NCBI GenBank assembly: GCA_031423735.1
Contig: JANPGA010000182.1
Span: 1-53,690 of the forward strand
DNA from: Bacteroidota bacterium
Lineage (GTDB): Bacteria > Bacteroidota > Bacteroidia > AKYH767-A > OLB10
Length of the DNA stretch: 53,690 bases
Reading direction: 5' to 3'
Positions within the stretch are counted from its first letter, which is position 1. Each line of letters begins with the position of its first letter. Positions 1-9,837 of this stretch are shown piece by piece. Below the pieces are notes generated by a model. That model searched no databases. It saw only the letters and a program-made list of their open reading frames with translations, and was not told the origin of the DNA. Both the position numbers and the translations under genes were made by a program.

Positions 1-1028
1 CCTTGTAATTCACCTTGTTCATTAGGTGGCACCTGATTTGAAATTATACCTTGTAATGATGGTCCTGCTATTCCCCCTAAACAATATGGAATTAAAAATA
101 AAAACATCATCCAACCTGAAGTTGCAAAAGCAAATAATATTAATCCAATTACATATAATCCCATTCCAAAATAAACAGATCTCTTTGGTCCTATCCTTGG
201 ATTAATAACTCGAATTAAACCACCCTGAACAATTCCTACCAATAACCCTACAGCACCTAGTGAATATCCTACCCATTTTTCATCCCAACTAAATTTAAGC
301 ATCGTATAATACGTCCACGTACTTTGTACTGCATGTGCTGCCATATATACACAAACAAATGAACCAACAAGACCAGCAACAAGTGGATATTTTTTAAGGT
401 GTGATAACGCACCAACAGGACTTGCTCTTTTCCAATCAAATTTTCTTCTATTTTCTGGCTTCAATGATTCAGGTAAAATAAAATAACCATATAGCCAATT
501 GATTAACGCTAATCCAGCAGCAGCATAAAAAGGAACTCGTGATCCAAATTGGCCTAACAATCCTCCTATCACGGGCCCAATAATAAAACCTACACCAAAC
601 GCAGCACCAACTAATCCAAAATTTTGCGCCCTTTTTTCTGGAGTACTTACATCAGCAATATATGCTTGAGCTGTAGTAAAACTCGCTCCAAAAATGCCTG
701 CTATTATTCTTCCTAAAAATAACCATCCAATAGTTGGCGCCAGTGCTAGAAATAAATAATCTATTCCAAAACCAAATAATGAAGCAAGAAGTACTGGTCT
801 CCGACCATATTTATCACTTAAGTTCCCAAGTATTGGTGCGAAAATAAATTGTGTTACCGAATACGCAAACATTAACCATCCACCATAACGTGATGCATCA
901 CTTAAACTTCCTCCAATTAATTCACTAATTAATTTTGGCATTACCGGAATAATTATTCCAAAGCCAGTTACATCAATTAATAAAGTAACGAATATAAAAC
1001 CAAGGGCTGCATCTTTTTTATTTGACAT
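1..1028 (-). CDS. MFS transporter, TCR/Tet-like (C-terminal part runs off the left window edge)
   Basis: Absent from the ORF track because it is open to position 1. The reverse-strand ATG at 1028-1026 gives [31 protein letters not shown]...[17 protein letters not shown]...[11 protein letters not shown]. This includes MFS motif A (G-x-L-S-D-x-x-G-R-R) and continuous hydrophobic helices. I saw no stop codon down to position 1. Confidence 0.85.
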   Translation of the reverse strand, partial: MSNKKDAALGFIFVTLLIDVTGFGIIIPVMPKLISELIGGSLSDASRYGGWLMFAYSVTQFIFAPILGNLSDKYGRRPVLLASLFGFGIDYLFLALAPTIGWLFLGRIIAGIFGASFTTAQAYIADVSTPEKRAQNFGLVGAAFGVGFIIGPVIGGLLGQFGSRVPFYAAAGLALINWLYGYFILPESLKPENRRKFDWKRASPVGALSHLKKYPLVAGLVGSFVCVYMAAHAVQSTWTYYTMLKFSWDEKWVGYSLGAVGLLVGIVQGGLIRVINPRIGPKRSVYFGMGLYVIGLILFAFATSGWMMFLFLIPYCLGGIAGPSLQGIISNQVPPNEQGELQ

Positions 1029-1100
1029 TCTATAAAAATTGTGAATACAATATTACTTTAATTTTTTGTAGTTATTAGTCCACTATCAATATCTCCATCA

Positions 1101-1862
1101 TTAAATATTTACCCAGTCATCATGCTCTTTCAATTGGTCGGAAGTAAAAATTTTGCGCATTTTTGAAAACCGTAATCTAATTAAAATAGTTATTACTGGA
1201 CCAATAGCAATATAAATCATACCAGACATACCAATATTATTATCTGAAAATAAAGCAGCACAAGTTACTGAAACAATACCAATTAACATCATGAATGATT
1301 GCTTATACATTTCCGTTTTAGTATGAAATATCTCTATCAAATTTAATTGCAAATATTCCTTGTGCTTTAATGCATTTTGATATAACAAAAAAAAGACGAA
1401 ATAAACCAAGAAAAAACCAAAACCATATATTTCCATTAAATGCCTTAATTCTAATGCCGACTTAATTTTTTCATGGACCACCCCATTTTCAATAAAATCA
1501 TTCCCAGAAATTAATAATGAAAAAAGGAATTTAAGAGGATAAACATAAAATAATACAGTAAATAATAATAATGCATTTAAAAAAATTGTTTTTGTATCAT
1601 TCAAATAATAATGGCGGAAAAATATATATTGATCATGCCAAATAAAAAATAATAATCCAAAACAGATAGCAAAACCCGCCATTCCTGACATTCCTATTTG
1701 TAATTCTTCAAATGTTTTAGGTACTTCTAATGAAACAACAAGTAAGGTCATTGCAAATGCAAATATTGCATCGCTAAAGCCCTCAATTCTTAATACCTCA
1801 TGACCACGTACCTTAATGTGTCGTCGAATTCTTCGCTTATCTTTAATTGGTTTTGTAATCAT
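1101..1862 (-). CDS. TMEM175/DUF1211-family potassium channel
   Basis: 253 aa. The R-x-x-x-F-S-D signature lies in the first helix (RIEGFSDAIFAFAMTLLV), followed by about 6 hydrophobic helices. Confidence 0.75.
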   Translation of the reverse strand: MITKPIKDKRRIRRHIKVRGHEVLRIEGFSDAIFAFAMTLLVVSLEVPKTFEELQIGMSGMAGFAICFGLLFFIWHDQYIFFRHYYLNDTKTIFLNALLLFTVLFYVYPLKFLFSLLISGNDFIENGVVHEKIKSALELRHLMEIYGFGFFLVYFVFFLLYQNALKHKEYLQLNLIEIFHTKTEMYKQSFMMLIGIVSVTCAALFSDNNIGMSGMIYIAIGPVITILIRLRFSKMRKIFTSDQLKEHDDWVNI

Positions 1863-1896
1863 GTTTCATCAATAGCCAATAATTAGAAATACCGCT

Positions 1897-3075
1897 TTAA
1901 TTACGCTTATTTTTAATAAGTGTTGTGTAGATATCAATAAGTTGGTGTGCTATTACATTTTCCGAAAAATGATCAGCAGCATATTTACTTATTTCCTTTT
2001 GATTATAGTTTTCATAATTTACAATCACCGATTCCATTGCAGCAACAAATTCTTCAACTTCGAATGATTCTAATAAGTAACCAATTTTGTCGGTTTTAAC
2101 AATATCTTTTGGTCCACCCGAATCTGTAGTAATTATAGGCTTTCCTCCAGCTAATGCTTCAATTAAAACAACGCCAAATGTTTCATAGGTGCTTGCAAGT
2201 AAAAAAGCGTGACAATTATCAATATTTTCTTTTACTTCTAAACGACTTAGTATTCCTGTAAATAAAACATTTTTTTGAAGCGAATTATTTTTAACATACT
2301 CTTTTAAATCGCTTTCTACCTCTCCAGCTCCACCAACAATTAATTTTACATTATAGCCTTTGTCAATAATAACTTTTAAGGAATCAAAAATCAATATATG
2401 GTTTTTTCTTGCATTTAAAAATGAGTTTGTAAAAAATATAAATTCTTCTCCTTGTGTATATTTTTTTTCTTTAATATCTTTAAAGAACAAATCAGATACC
2501 ATATTCGATACTACACCAAAGGTGTTCTCTGGTAAATTAACAGCCTTGGATAACTCATTTTTAAATACCGATCCAACCACTAAACTACATTCGGCATTTT
2601 TAAAAACCTTTATGGCTTGTGGAATATCATCTACTAACGACAATCTTCCCGTGATATAATGAGTGAGGTGTTCAGTAATTACTAATGGAATATTAAATTT
2701 TTTAGATAGGTGTAAGCCAAAAATTCCTGCATGAAAAACCGAATGGGCATGAATAATATCCGGCATTCCAAATTTCTTTACATATTTCCTAAAAATTCGT
2801 TCCGAAAAAAATGTTTCATAAGCATCATTAAATTTTCGTGAACGTGGTATAATTCCTTGAACTTTATAAATAAATGTAGGCAAACCATTATCATTAATAT
2901 ATCCAGGCTGAGCTTTCCTTTTCTTAAAAATCTCTGATGCTGGATAAAAAATTTGAAATTGTATCCCTACTTGATGCCCATTTTTTTGTAACGCCCTTGC
3001 CTGCTCTTCAAAAAAACTTCCCAGAACTTCGCCTGGTGAGCTTTTATACCAAGATGGCATTATTAATATATGCAT
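1897..3075 (-). CDS. Glycosyltransferase family 4 (GT-B fold)
   Basis: 392 aa. The N-terminus MHILIMPSWY... and the C-terminal nucleotide-sugar binding block (LLASTYETFGVVLIEALAGGKPIITTDSGGPKDIV) are typical of GT4 enzymes. Confidence 0.85.
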   Translation of the reverse strand: MHILIMPSWYKSSPGEVLGSFFEEQARALQKNGHQVGIQFQIFYPASEIFKKRKAQPGYINDNGLPTFIYKVQGIIPRSRKFNDAYETFFSERIFRKYVKKFGMPDIIHAHSVFHAGIFGLHLSKKFNIPLVITEHLTHYITGRLSLVDDIPQAIKVFKNAECSLVVGSVFKNELSKAVNLPENTFGVVSNMVSDLFFKDIKEKKYTQGEEFIFFTNSFLNARKNHILIFDSLKVIIDKGYNVKLIVGGAGEVESDLKEYVKNNSLQKNVLFTGILSRLEVKENIDNCHAFLLASTYETFGVVLIEALAGGKPIITTDSGGPKDIVKTDKIGYLLESFEVEEFVAAMESVIVNYENYNQKEISKYAADHFSENVIAHQLIDIYTTLIKNKRN

Positions 3076-3740
3076 AATTTATGTGCTGATTTGTAATTTC
3101 TGTCCTGTTTCAAATATCCATTAAATCACTTTTACATCTAAACCTGTAAAAAGTTTATTATCAACAGAAAAAAGTAATAAGCGTTTAATCTGCTCCTTTT
3201 CTAAAAAAATCAACCAGCCTACCTCGAAAAGCCATTGTTCATAGTGGTGTTAATAACCTTTTTACCTGTTCATATCTATACTACAAGTTTATTTGGAATT
3301 TCATTTAATAGCTGGCTTATATTTTAAATAATACCAACCCTTTTTTGAACCCTCTTTCTTATCATTTGTTGTTAACGTTTTTACACACTATTTCAACCTA
3401 TTATTAAATAACAATTTATAACTCATAACCTTTATTAACAACTGTTAATAAACATGAAAAAGGCTACATTATCAAATAGTTAAGTAATGTTAACTTGTTA
3501 GCTTAATGATATTTAAGTGTCCATTTATGTATAACAAGTCTTTGGCAATTAATTTATAAACCAAACTAACAGACTAACATTAACATATATTATCTTTAAA
3601 TAATTTAAATAAATATAATAGCTGTTAAAATCATTTCGGTTCATTAGTTTCTTCGAACAATTTTGCAATGTTCTCTGATAAATCTCCGACCTTTGCCTCG
3701 GTCACTTTCCAATTCTGGTTGGTTTCAAAAAAAATGAATT

Positions 3741-4739
3741 ATGAACTTTACCTCTGATTTTAACTTCGAAAAAACTGGATTTGTACAGGAAAAAATCAAT
3801 CCAAACATCGACCTTTTCGAGGAGATTGAGAAGTTTAAAAAGGAAAAAAACGCAGTAATTTTAGCCCATTACTACCAGGATGGTGATATTCAGGATGTTG
3901 CGGATTTTATTGGGGATAGTTTGGGACTAGCTCAGCAAGCAGAAAAAACAAAGGCCGATATGATTGTTTTTGCTGGCGTTCATTTTATGGCTGAAACAGC
4001 AAAGTTGTTAAATCCAACAAAAAAAGTGGTAATGCCTGATTTTCGTGCTGGCTGTTCGTTAGCAGATTCTTGTCCTCCAATTGATTTCAAAAAATTTAAA
4101 GATAATCATCCAGGGCATATTGTGATTAGCTATATCAACTGTACAGCTGCTATTAAAGCATTAAGTGATATTATTTGTACTTCCAGCAATGCAGTTCAAA
4201 TAGTTAATTCTATTCCCAAAGAAACACCAATAATTTTTGCTCCCGATAAAAATCTTGGTGCTTATGTTGCAAAAAAGACGGGTAGAGATTTAGTATTATG
4301 GGACGGAGCTTGTATGGTTCATGAAATTTTTTCTGAGCAAAAAATAGTTCAGCTAAAGGTTAGAAATCCTAATGCTATAGTTATTGCACATCCTGAATGT
4401 GAAGAATCCGTATTGAAACTAGCCGAATTTATTGGATCAACAACAGCCCTATTAAAGTTTACTAAGGAAAATAAAGCTCAAAGTTTTATCGTTGCTACTG
4501 AAAGTGGAATATTACATCAAATGCAAAAAGATTCACCCAATAAGACTTTTATTCCTGCTCCTCCAAATAATAATTGCGCCTGTAATGATTGTCCTCACAT
4601 GAAATTAAATACACTAGAAAAATTATATCTCTGTTTAAAGCATGAAAATCCAGAAGTATTAATTGCCGAATCACTAAGAGAAGATGCGCTTAAACCACTA
4701 AAGCGAATGTTAGAAATTTCGGCTCAATTAGGATTATAA
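3741..4739 (+). CDS. nadA: Quinolinate synthase NadA
   Basis: 332 aa with the blocks [44 protein letters not shown] and IAHPEC. Confidence 0.95.
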   Translation: MNFTSDFNFEKTGFVQEKINPNIDLFEEIEKFKKEKNAVILAHYYQDGDIQDVADFIGDSLGLAQQAEKTKADMIVFAGVHFMAETAKLLNPTKKVVMPDFRAGCSLADSCPPIDFKKFKDNHPGHIVISYINCTAAIKALSDIICTSSNAVQIVNSIPKETPIIFAPDKNLGAYVAKKTGRDLVLWDGACMVHEIFSEQKIVQLKVRNPNAIVIAHPECEESVLKLAEFIGSTTALLKFTKENKAQSFIVATESGILHQMQKDSPNKTFIPAPPNNNCACNDCPHMKLNTLEKLYLCLKHENPEVLIAESLREDALKPLKRMLEISAQLGL

Positions 4740-4826
4740 TTTATCAAAATTATTTTTGAATAGTATATGTGTATAACTTCGTAATACTATAAATTTTTTA
4801 TTTTAGAATTATGTTAATCTTTAAAG

Positions 4827-6350
4827 ATGAAAATATTTAATTTTAAAACTATTATTTATTGCTGTATTTTTTTTTCAAATTCTCTAATTGCTCAGGAGAA
4901 TGTAATACCAGATAATGGTCCTGTAAAATTTTATTATCCTAATGGAAAAGTTTCGTCCGAAGGAAATTTTTTAAATAAACAACCTGATGGACTTTGGAAA
5001 GCTTATTTTGAAAATGGAAAACTCAAATCAGAAGGAAATCGCTTAAATGGTAAACTCGATGGTGTTTGGAATTTTTATAACGAAAAAGAAATTAAAACAA
5101 GTGAATTTACATATTCTGCAGGAATAAAAAATGGATGGGAAAGGGAATTTTTCCAAGATGCAAGTTTAGCTGTAGAACGTTGGATTAATAATGGAATACC
5201 TGACAGTATCGTTAAAAATTATAATTCCAAAGGTTACTTGGAGAAAATTACTTTTCTAAAAAATGGAGTTGAAAATGGTATTGCAAAGGAGTATGCTGAA
5301 GACGGAAGAATAATTACTTTAACAACCTATAAAAATGGCTTTTTTTCTAAAGAAGAAAAAATAAATCGCTTCGATAAATTCGGTTTCAAACAAGGTACTT
5401 GGAAAGATTTTTATAAATCAGGTAACGTACTAAATGAAGGTTCTTGGAAAGATGATAAAAAGAATGGTGTATTTAGAACGTTCAGTGATGAAGGCGTAGT
5501 AAAACAGATGGAAATCTATAAAAATGGTGAACTCGTTGCTGATGAAGCTGTAAATATTAAATTAGATATTAAACGCGACTATTTTAATAACGGACGACCT
5601 AAATCATCAGTTAATCTTATTAATGGTTTTAAAGAAGGTGTATATCGTGAATATGATAATAAAGGTACTATTGTAAGTTCTAAACTTTATGAAAAGGATA
5701 AGGTAATTGCGGAAGGTGGAATTATTGATGAAAATGGCTTACAACAAGGTATATGGAAGTATTTTTATAAGAATGATAAAATTAAATCTGAAGGCTCTTT
5801 TAAAGATGGTAAACGTGATGGTATCTGGACTTTCTATTACATAAATCAACAAATTCAACAACAAGGTTCGTATAAGGGAAATTTACCTGATGGAAATTGG
5901 AAATGGTTTTATCAAAGTGGAAATTTACTTAGATCAGAAAATTATAAATTAGGTAAAGAGGACGGCTTAAGTAAAGAATATTCAGACAGTGGAAGTGTTA
6001 TAGTAGAAGGAAATTATGTGAATGGACTTAAAGAAGGTCCTTGGAAATTTAGAAATGGTGAATATAATGCTGAAGGAAATTATGTAGAGGGAAATATGGA
6101 TGGCCCTTGGAAACAATTTTATTTAAATGGTAAATTAGCTTTTGAAGGAGAATATTTCGAAGGTCAAGAAAATGGATTACATAAATACTATTTCGATAAT
6201 GGAAAAATACGAGAAGAGAAAAATTATCGCTTAGGTTTAAAAGATGGAACGTGGAAAACGTACGATATTGATGGCGTTGTTATTCTTTCATCAACGTATC
6301 AAAATGGTGAATTAAAAAAACTAGATGGATCAAAGATCTTTAATAAATAA
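4827..6350 (+). CDS. Secreted MORN-repeat (YwqK-like) protein
   Basis: Signal peptide MKIFNFKTIIYCCIFFSNSLIAQ, then many tandem ~23-aa repeats of the form G.W..(Y/F)Y.NGK...EG....GK.DG. Confidence 0.8.
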   Translation: MKIFNFKTIIYCCIFFSNSLIAQENVIPDNGPVKFYYPNGKVSSEGNFLNKQPDGLWKAYFENGKLKSEGNRLNGKLDGVWNFYNEKEIKTSEFTYSAGIKNGWEREFFQDASLAVERWINNGIPDSIVKNYNSKGYLEKITFLKNGVENGIAKEYAEDGRIITLTTYKNGFFSKEEKINRFDKFGFKQGTWKDFYKSGNVLNEGSWKDDKKNGVFRTFSDEGVVKQMEIYKNGELVADEAVNIKLDIKRDYFNNGRPKSSVNLINGFKEGVYREYDNKGTIVSSKLYEKDKVIAEGGIIDENGLQQGIWKYFYKNDKIKSEGSFKDGKRDGIWTFYYINQQIQQQGSYKGNLPDGNWKWFYQSGNLLRSENYKLGKEDGLSKEYSDSGSVIVEGNYVNGLKEGPWKFRNGEYNAEGNYVEGNMDGPWKQFYLNGKLAFEGEYFEGQENGLHKYYFDNGKIREEKNYRLGLKDGTWKTYDIDGVVILSSTYQNGELKKLDGSKIFNK

Positions 6351-6355
6351 AACAA

Positions 6356-8080
6356 ATGTTAGCAATTCTTTTAATTTGGCTTTATATTTTTATTGTTACT
6401 TCAGTTGCTGGTTTATTATTAAAGATTAGTTTATTTAATACTTCAAAATTTCAAGAGAACCCAATTATTTTAAGTGTTACTGGATATTGTTTAATAACAG
6501 GTTTACTTAGTATTATATCGTTATTCTATAAGATTTCTTTAGAAGCAAATGTATTTATAGTGTTGCTTGAAATTTTAGGAATTGTTTTTTATAAGAAACA
6601 ATTTATAGAATCTTTTAATAGTTATTTATCAAAATTAAAATCATTAAATAGTCGCCAGTATTTAGTTTTCTTTGTAGTAGTTTTTAATGTTCTTTTGTTA
6701 AATATAAAAAGTGTTCACACCGATTCTGATACAGGGTTGTATCACGCTCAAGCAATACAATGGATCGAAAAATATCCTGTTGTTCCTGGTCTTGCAAATT
6801 TATTTGCTAATTATGGTTTTAATAGCAGTAGCTTTATATCGGATGCCTTTTTTAGTTTTACTTTTATACATAACTTTCCATACTATGCACTAAATAGTTT
6901 CTTTGTGTTAATCCTAGTTTTATTTGGAATTAGTAATATTAAAAAAGAGGATAATAATTATTTGGTTTATATAACGCTCGTAATACTCAACTACTTTTTT
7001 TACAGAGGCGATATGTCATTACCATTTCCAGATATTCTAATATCATGTACTGAAACATTTATATTTTTTGTGTTTTTAGAAAAGATAAAGGAAAAATCAT
7101 TAGATCAATTTGATTTCAAAAGCGTAACAATTACTTTCTTAGCTTTAACATGCATAACAGGTAAACTGTCAGCGTTACCAGTAATTCTATCGCTTCTCCT
7201 TGTAATTATTTATTCATTTTCAAACCTAAGGATTAAACAATGGTTGATTATTTTTTCTACTGGATTTTTTATTGTTGTTCCATGGTTAATTCGTAATGTA
7301 ATTACATCAGGCTATTTAATTTTTCCATATCCTAGTATTGATCTTTTTAATGTTGATTGGAAAGTTCCATTAAGCGAAGCCCTAATCGCCAAAAGTTGGA
7401 TAGTATCCCATGCAAGAGTTTTTGTTCAAATGGATGTTTTTAATATGTCTTTTGCAGAATGGTTTCCTATTTGGTTACGAAATCAAAATAAAATTGACTT
7501 GTTATTATTGTTGATCTCAATAAGTGGAATGTGTTTGTTTTTTATTACAACACTATTAAGTAAACCTATTCGAAAAAAAATTGTCTCTCCCCTGTTTTAT
7601 TTTGGATTGACCTTTTTCTTATCAATAATATGTTGGTTTTTAATGGCGCCTGGTTTTCGTTTTGGATACGCCTATATTTTTGTTTGCATCGCAATTTTAA
7701 TTTCTTTATCGATAAAACTATTTAGCCCAAATCATTATTTGTTTAGAGGATTTGCTGTAGGAATATTAATAGTTTTCGGTGCTTATTGCTGTATTTGGCC
7801 TTCTAAATTAATTGCTTCAGGTGAAGTTAGTTTACGAAAGCATTTTTTAAATCCGGAACTAAAATATAAACCAATATCTTTTGTTACAGTATCAATAAAT
7901 GGCGTTAATTTTTTTATGCCTAAAGAAAATAAACGAAGTTGGAACCAAGACATTCCTTGTACTCCACGATTGTATAATTCTTTGCAATTACGTGGAGATA
8001 ATTTAGGTGACGGATTTAGAATTCCTAGTGTTGATTCAATTACTGTTAGTCCTGAAGGGCCCAACCGAATTGTTTATTAA
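6356..8080 (+). CDS. Polytopic membrane protein of unknown function (GT-C / O-antigen-polymerase-like topology)
   Basis: 574 aa with more than 12 hydrophobic helices. It starts 5 nt after the MORN gene stop, so the two are probably co-transcribed. I recognise no catalytic motif. Confidence 0.6.
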   Translation: MLAILLIWLYIFIVTSVAGLLLKISLFNTSKFQENPIILSVTGYCLITGLLSIISLFYKISLEANVFIVLLEILGIVFYKKQFIESFNSYLSKLKSLNSRQYLVFFVVVFNVLLLNIKSVHTDSDTGLYHAQAIQWIEKYPVVPGLANLFANYGFNSSSFISDAFFSFTFIHNFPYYALNSFFVLILVLFGISNIKKEDNNYLVYITLVILNYFFYRGDMSLPFPDILISCTETFIFFVFLEKIKEKSLDQFDFKSVTITFLALTCITGKLSALPVILSLLLVIIYSFSNLRIKQWLIIFSTGFFIVVPWLIRNVITSGYLIFPYPSIDLFNVDWKVPLSEALIAKSWIVSHARVFVQMDVFNMSFAEWFPIWLRNQNKIDLLLLLISISGMCLFFITTLLSKPIRKKIVSPLFYFGLTFFLSIICWFLMAPGFRFGYAYIFVCIAILISLSIKLFSPNHYLFRGFAVGILIVFGAYCCIWPSKLIASGEVSLRKHFLNPELKYKPISFVTVSINGVNFFMPKENKRSWNQDIPCTPRLYNSLQLRGDNLGDGFRIPSVDSITVSPEGPNRIVY

Positions 8081-8115
8081 CGGTCTTCATTTTTAAACTT
8101 TCACCTTTTTATTTA

Positions 8116-8144
8116 TTGTTCAAGGGTACATAAAACTATCTTTG
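8116..8144 (+). promoter_or_regulatory. Bacteroidota sigma-A type promoter of gltX (-33 TTG, -7 TAtcTTTG)
   Basis: TTG at 8116-8118 and a perfect TAnnTTTG at 8137-8144 with an 18-nt spacer. The box ends 29 nt upstream of the gltX ATG. Confidence 0.5.
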
Positions 8145-8173
8145 CATTTCATTAAATTATTAAGTGTTAATCA

Positions 8174-9712
8174 ATGAAAGTTAGAACAAGATTTGCCCCA
8201 AGCCCCACTGGACCTTTACATATGGGAGGCGTTAGAACAGCCCTTTATGCATACCTGTTTGCTAAACAACATAATGGCCAGTTTATTTTACGTATCGAGG
8301 ATACTGATCAAAATAGATATGTACCAGGTGCAGAAGAATATATTATCGAAGCTTTAACATGGTGTAATATTATTCCTGATGAGGGCGTTAGTTTTGGAGG
8401 TGTTCACGAACCTTATCGCCAAAGTGAAAGAAAAGGTATTGGATATTATCAAGATTACGCAAATCAATTAATAGCAGCTGGTCACGCATATTATGCTTTT
8501 GATAAACCCGAAGAACTTGATGCATCTCGCAAAGAAGCAGAAGCAAAAGGAAATCAAGGGTGGCAATATGATTCTACTACTCGTGGAAGTATGCAAAACT
8601 CTTTAACGCTTTCAGCAGATGAGGTTCAAAAAAGGTTATCTGAAAATCATAATCACGTTATCCGTTTAAAGGTGGAGCCAAATCAACATGTTACTTTTAG
8701 AGATATGGTTCGTGGCGATGTATCTTTCGAAAGCAATTTAGTAGATGATAAAGTGTTGATCAAAGCTGATGGAATGCCTACCTACCATTTAGCACATATT
8801 GTTGATGATATCATGATGGATATTACACATGCAATTCGCGGTGAAGAGTGGTTGCCATCTGCACCAGCGCATATTTTAATTTATAAATATTTAGGTCTTG
8901 CGGATAAAATGCCACAATATGCTCACTTACCTCTTTTATTAAAGCCAGAAGGAAATGGTAAGCTAAGTAAACGTGATGGTGACCGACTAGGATTTCCTGT
9001 TTTTCCTCTCGAATGGAAAGATCCTGCTACTGGTGAAATATCTTCTGGTTACAGAGAAAAAAATTATTATCCAGATGCCTTTGTAAATATGTTAGCCTTT
9101 TTAGGATGGAACCCTGGAACAGAAAAAGAATTGTTTTCAATGGAAGAGTTAATTGAAAGTTTTTCATTTGAACGTGTTCACAAAGCAGGTGCTCGTTTCG
9201 ATCCAGAAAAAGCAAAATGGTTCAATGAGCAATATCTGCGCATGCAAAATGATGAAGAGCTTGCCAAACGTTTTATACCTACTATTCAACAACGATTAGG
9301 TGTTATTGATCATCGATCATCGATTGAATATGCAATGGGCGCAGTAAAATTATTAAAGGACCGTGTTCATTTTGAAAATGAGTTTTATGATAAAGGACAA
9401 TATCTATTCGAAGCACCATCAACATACGATGAAAAAGTAATTGCCAAACGTTGGAATGAAATCTCTATCAACTTTTTAAAGAAATTGATTCAAGTATACT
9501 CAACATTACCATCCTTTGATGCGATCACTTGTAAATCGACATTCGAAAATTTAGCTACTGAAAACGGAATTAAACCAGGTGAAATGTTACAATTATTTCG
9601 TGTGGTAATGGCGGGTCTTTCTTCTGGTGTTGATCTATTCGGTATGGTTGAATTGCTTGGCCAGAAGGAAGCTTTAATTAGAATGGAAAACGCTTTTTCT
9701 ACTTTAAAGTAA
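8174..9712 (+). CDS. gltX: Glutamate--tRNA ligase
   Basis: 512 aa. Contains RFAPSPTGPLHMGGVRTALY (HIGH-type motif), the KLSKR motif and the DDxxMxITHxIRGEEW block. Confidence 0.95.
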   Translation: MKVRTRFAPSPTGPLHMGGVRTALYAYLFAKQHNGQFILRIEDTDQNRYVPGAEEYIIEALTWCNIIPDEGVSFGGVHEPYRQSERKGIGYYQDYANQLIAAGHAYYAFDKPEELDASRKEAEAKGNQGWQYDSTTRGSMQNSLTLSADEVQKRLSENHNHVIRLKVEPNQHVTFRDMVRGDVSFESNLVDDKVLIKADGMPTYHLAHIVDDIMMDITHAIRGEEWLPSAPAHILIYKYLGLADKMPQYAHLPLLLKPEGNGKLSKRDGDRLGFPVFPLEWKDPATGEISSGYREKNYYPDAFVNMLAFLGWNPGTEKELFSMEELIESFSFERVHKAGARFDPEKAKWFNEQYLRMQNDEELAKRFIPTIQQRLGVIDHRSSIEYAMGAVKLLKDRVHFENEFYDKGQYLFEAPSTYDEKVIAKRWNEISINFLKKLIQVYSTLPSFDAITCKSTFENLATENGIKPGEMLQLFRVVMAGLSSGVDLFGMVELLGQKEALIRMENAFSTLK

Positions 9713-9732
9713 GAGAATAAAGAATTATTTTG

Positions 9733-9770
9733 AAGCCTGTAATCACGTTAGAATGATTACAGGCTTTTTT
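9733..9770 (+). terminator. Rho-independent terminator of gltX
   Basis: AAGCCTGTAATC (9733-9744) pairs perfectly with GATTACAGGCTT (9755-9766) and is followed by a T-run. Confidence 0.85.
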
Positions 9771-9837
9771 ATTTTGTTATTTCTAGGTTTTGTAATAAAA
9801 GTTTTCTTTATTTTTATTAAACCAAAACAAAAACACA

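Noticed and set aside
2360-2659. 99-aa plus-strand ORF inside the GT4 gene, and the many similar 60-100-aa ORFs antisense to or out of frame with large CDSs (e.g. 6711-6893, 7783-8064, 9027-9215, 9884-10141, 12423-12686, 16259-16561, 21017-22567, 24334-24796, 25868-26116, 34683-34922, 40932-41357, 47946-49313, 51118-51434, 53106-53452)
   Set aside because: These are shadow ORFs fully embedded in well-supported genes. Their translations are low-complexity or carry no motif.
3660-3740. Possible NAD-responsive riboswitch in the nadA leader
   Set aside because: Only short 4-bp stems (CCGA/TCGG, CCAA/TTGG) are present. I cannot match the known nadA-motif architecture, and that class is not known to me from Bacteroidota.
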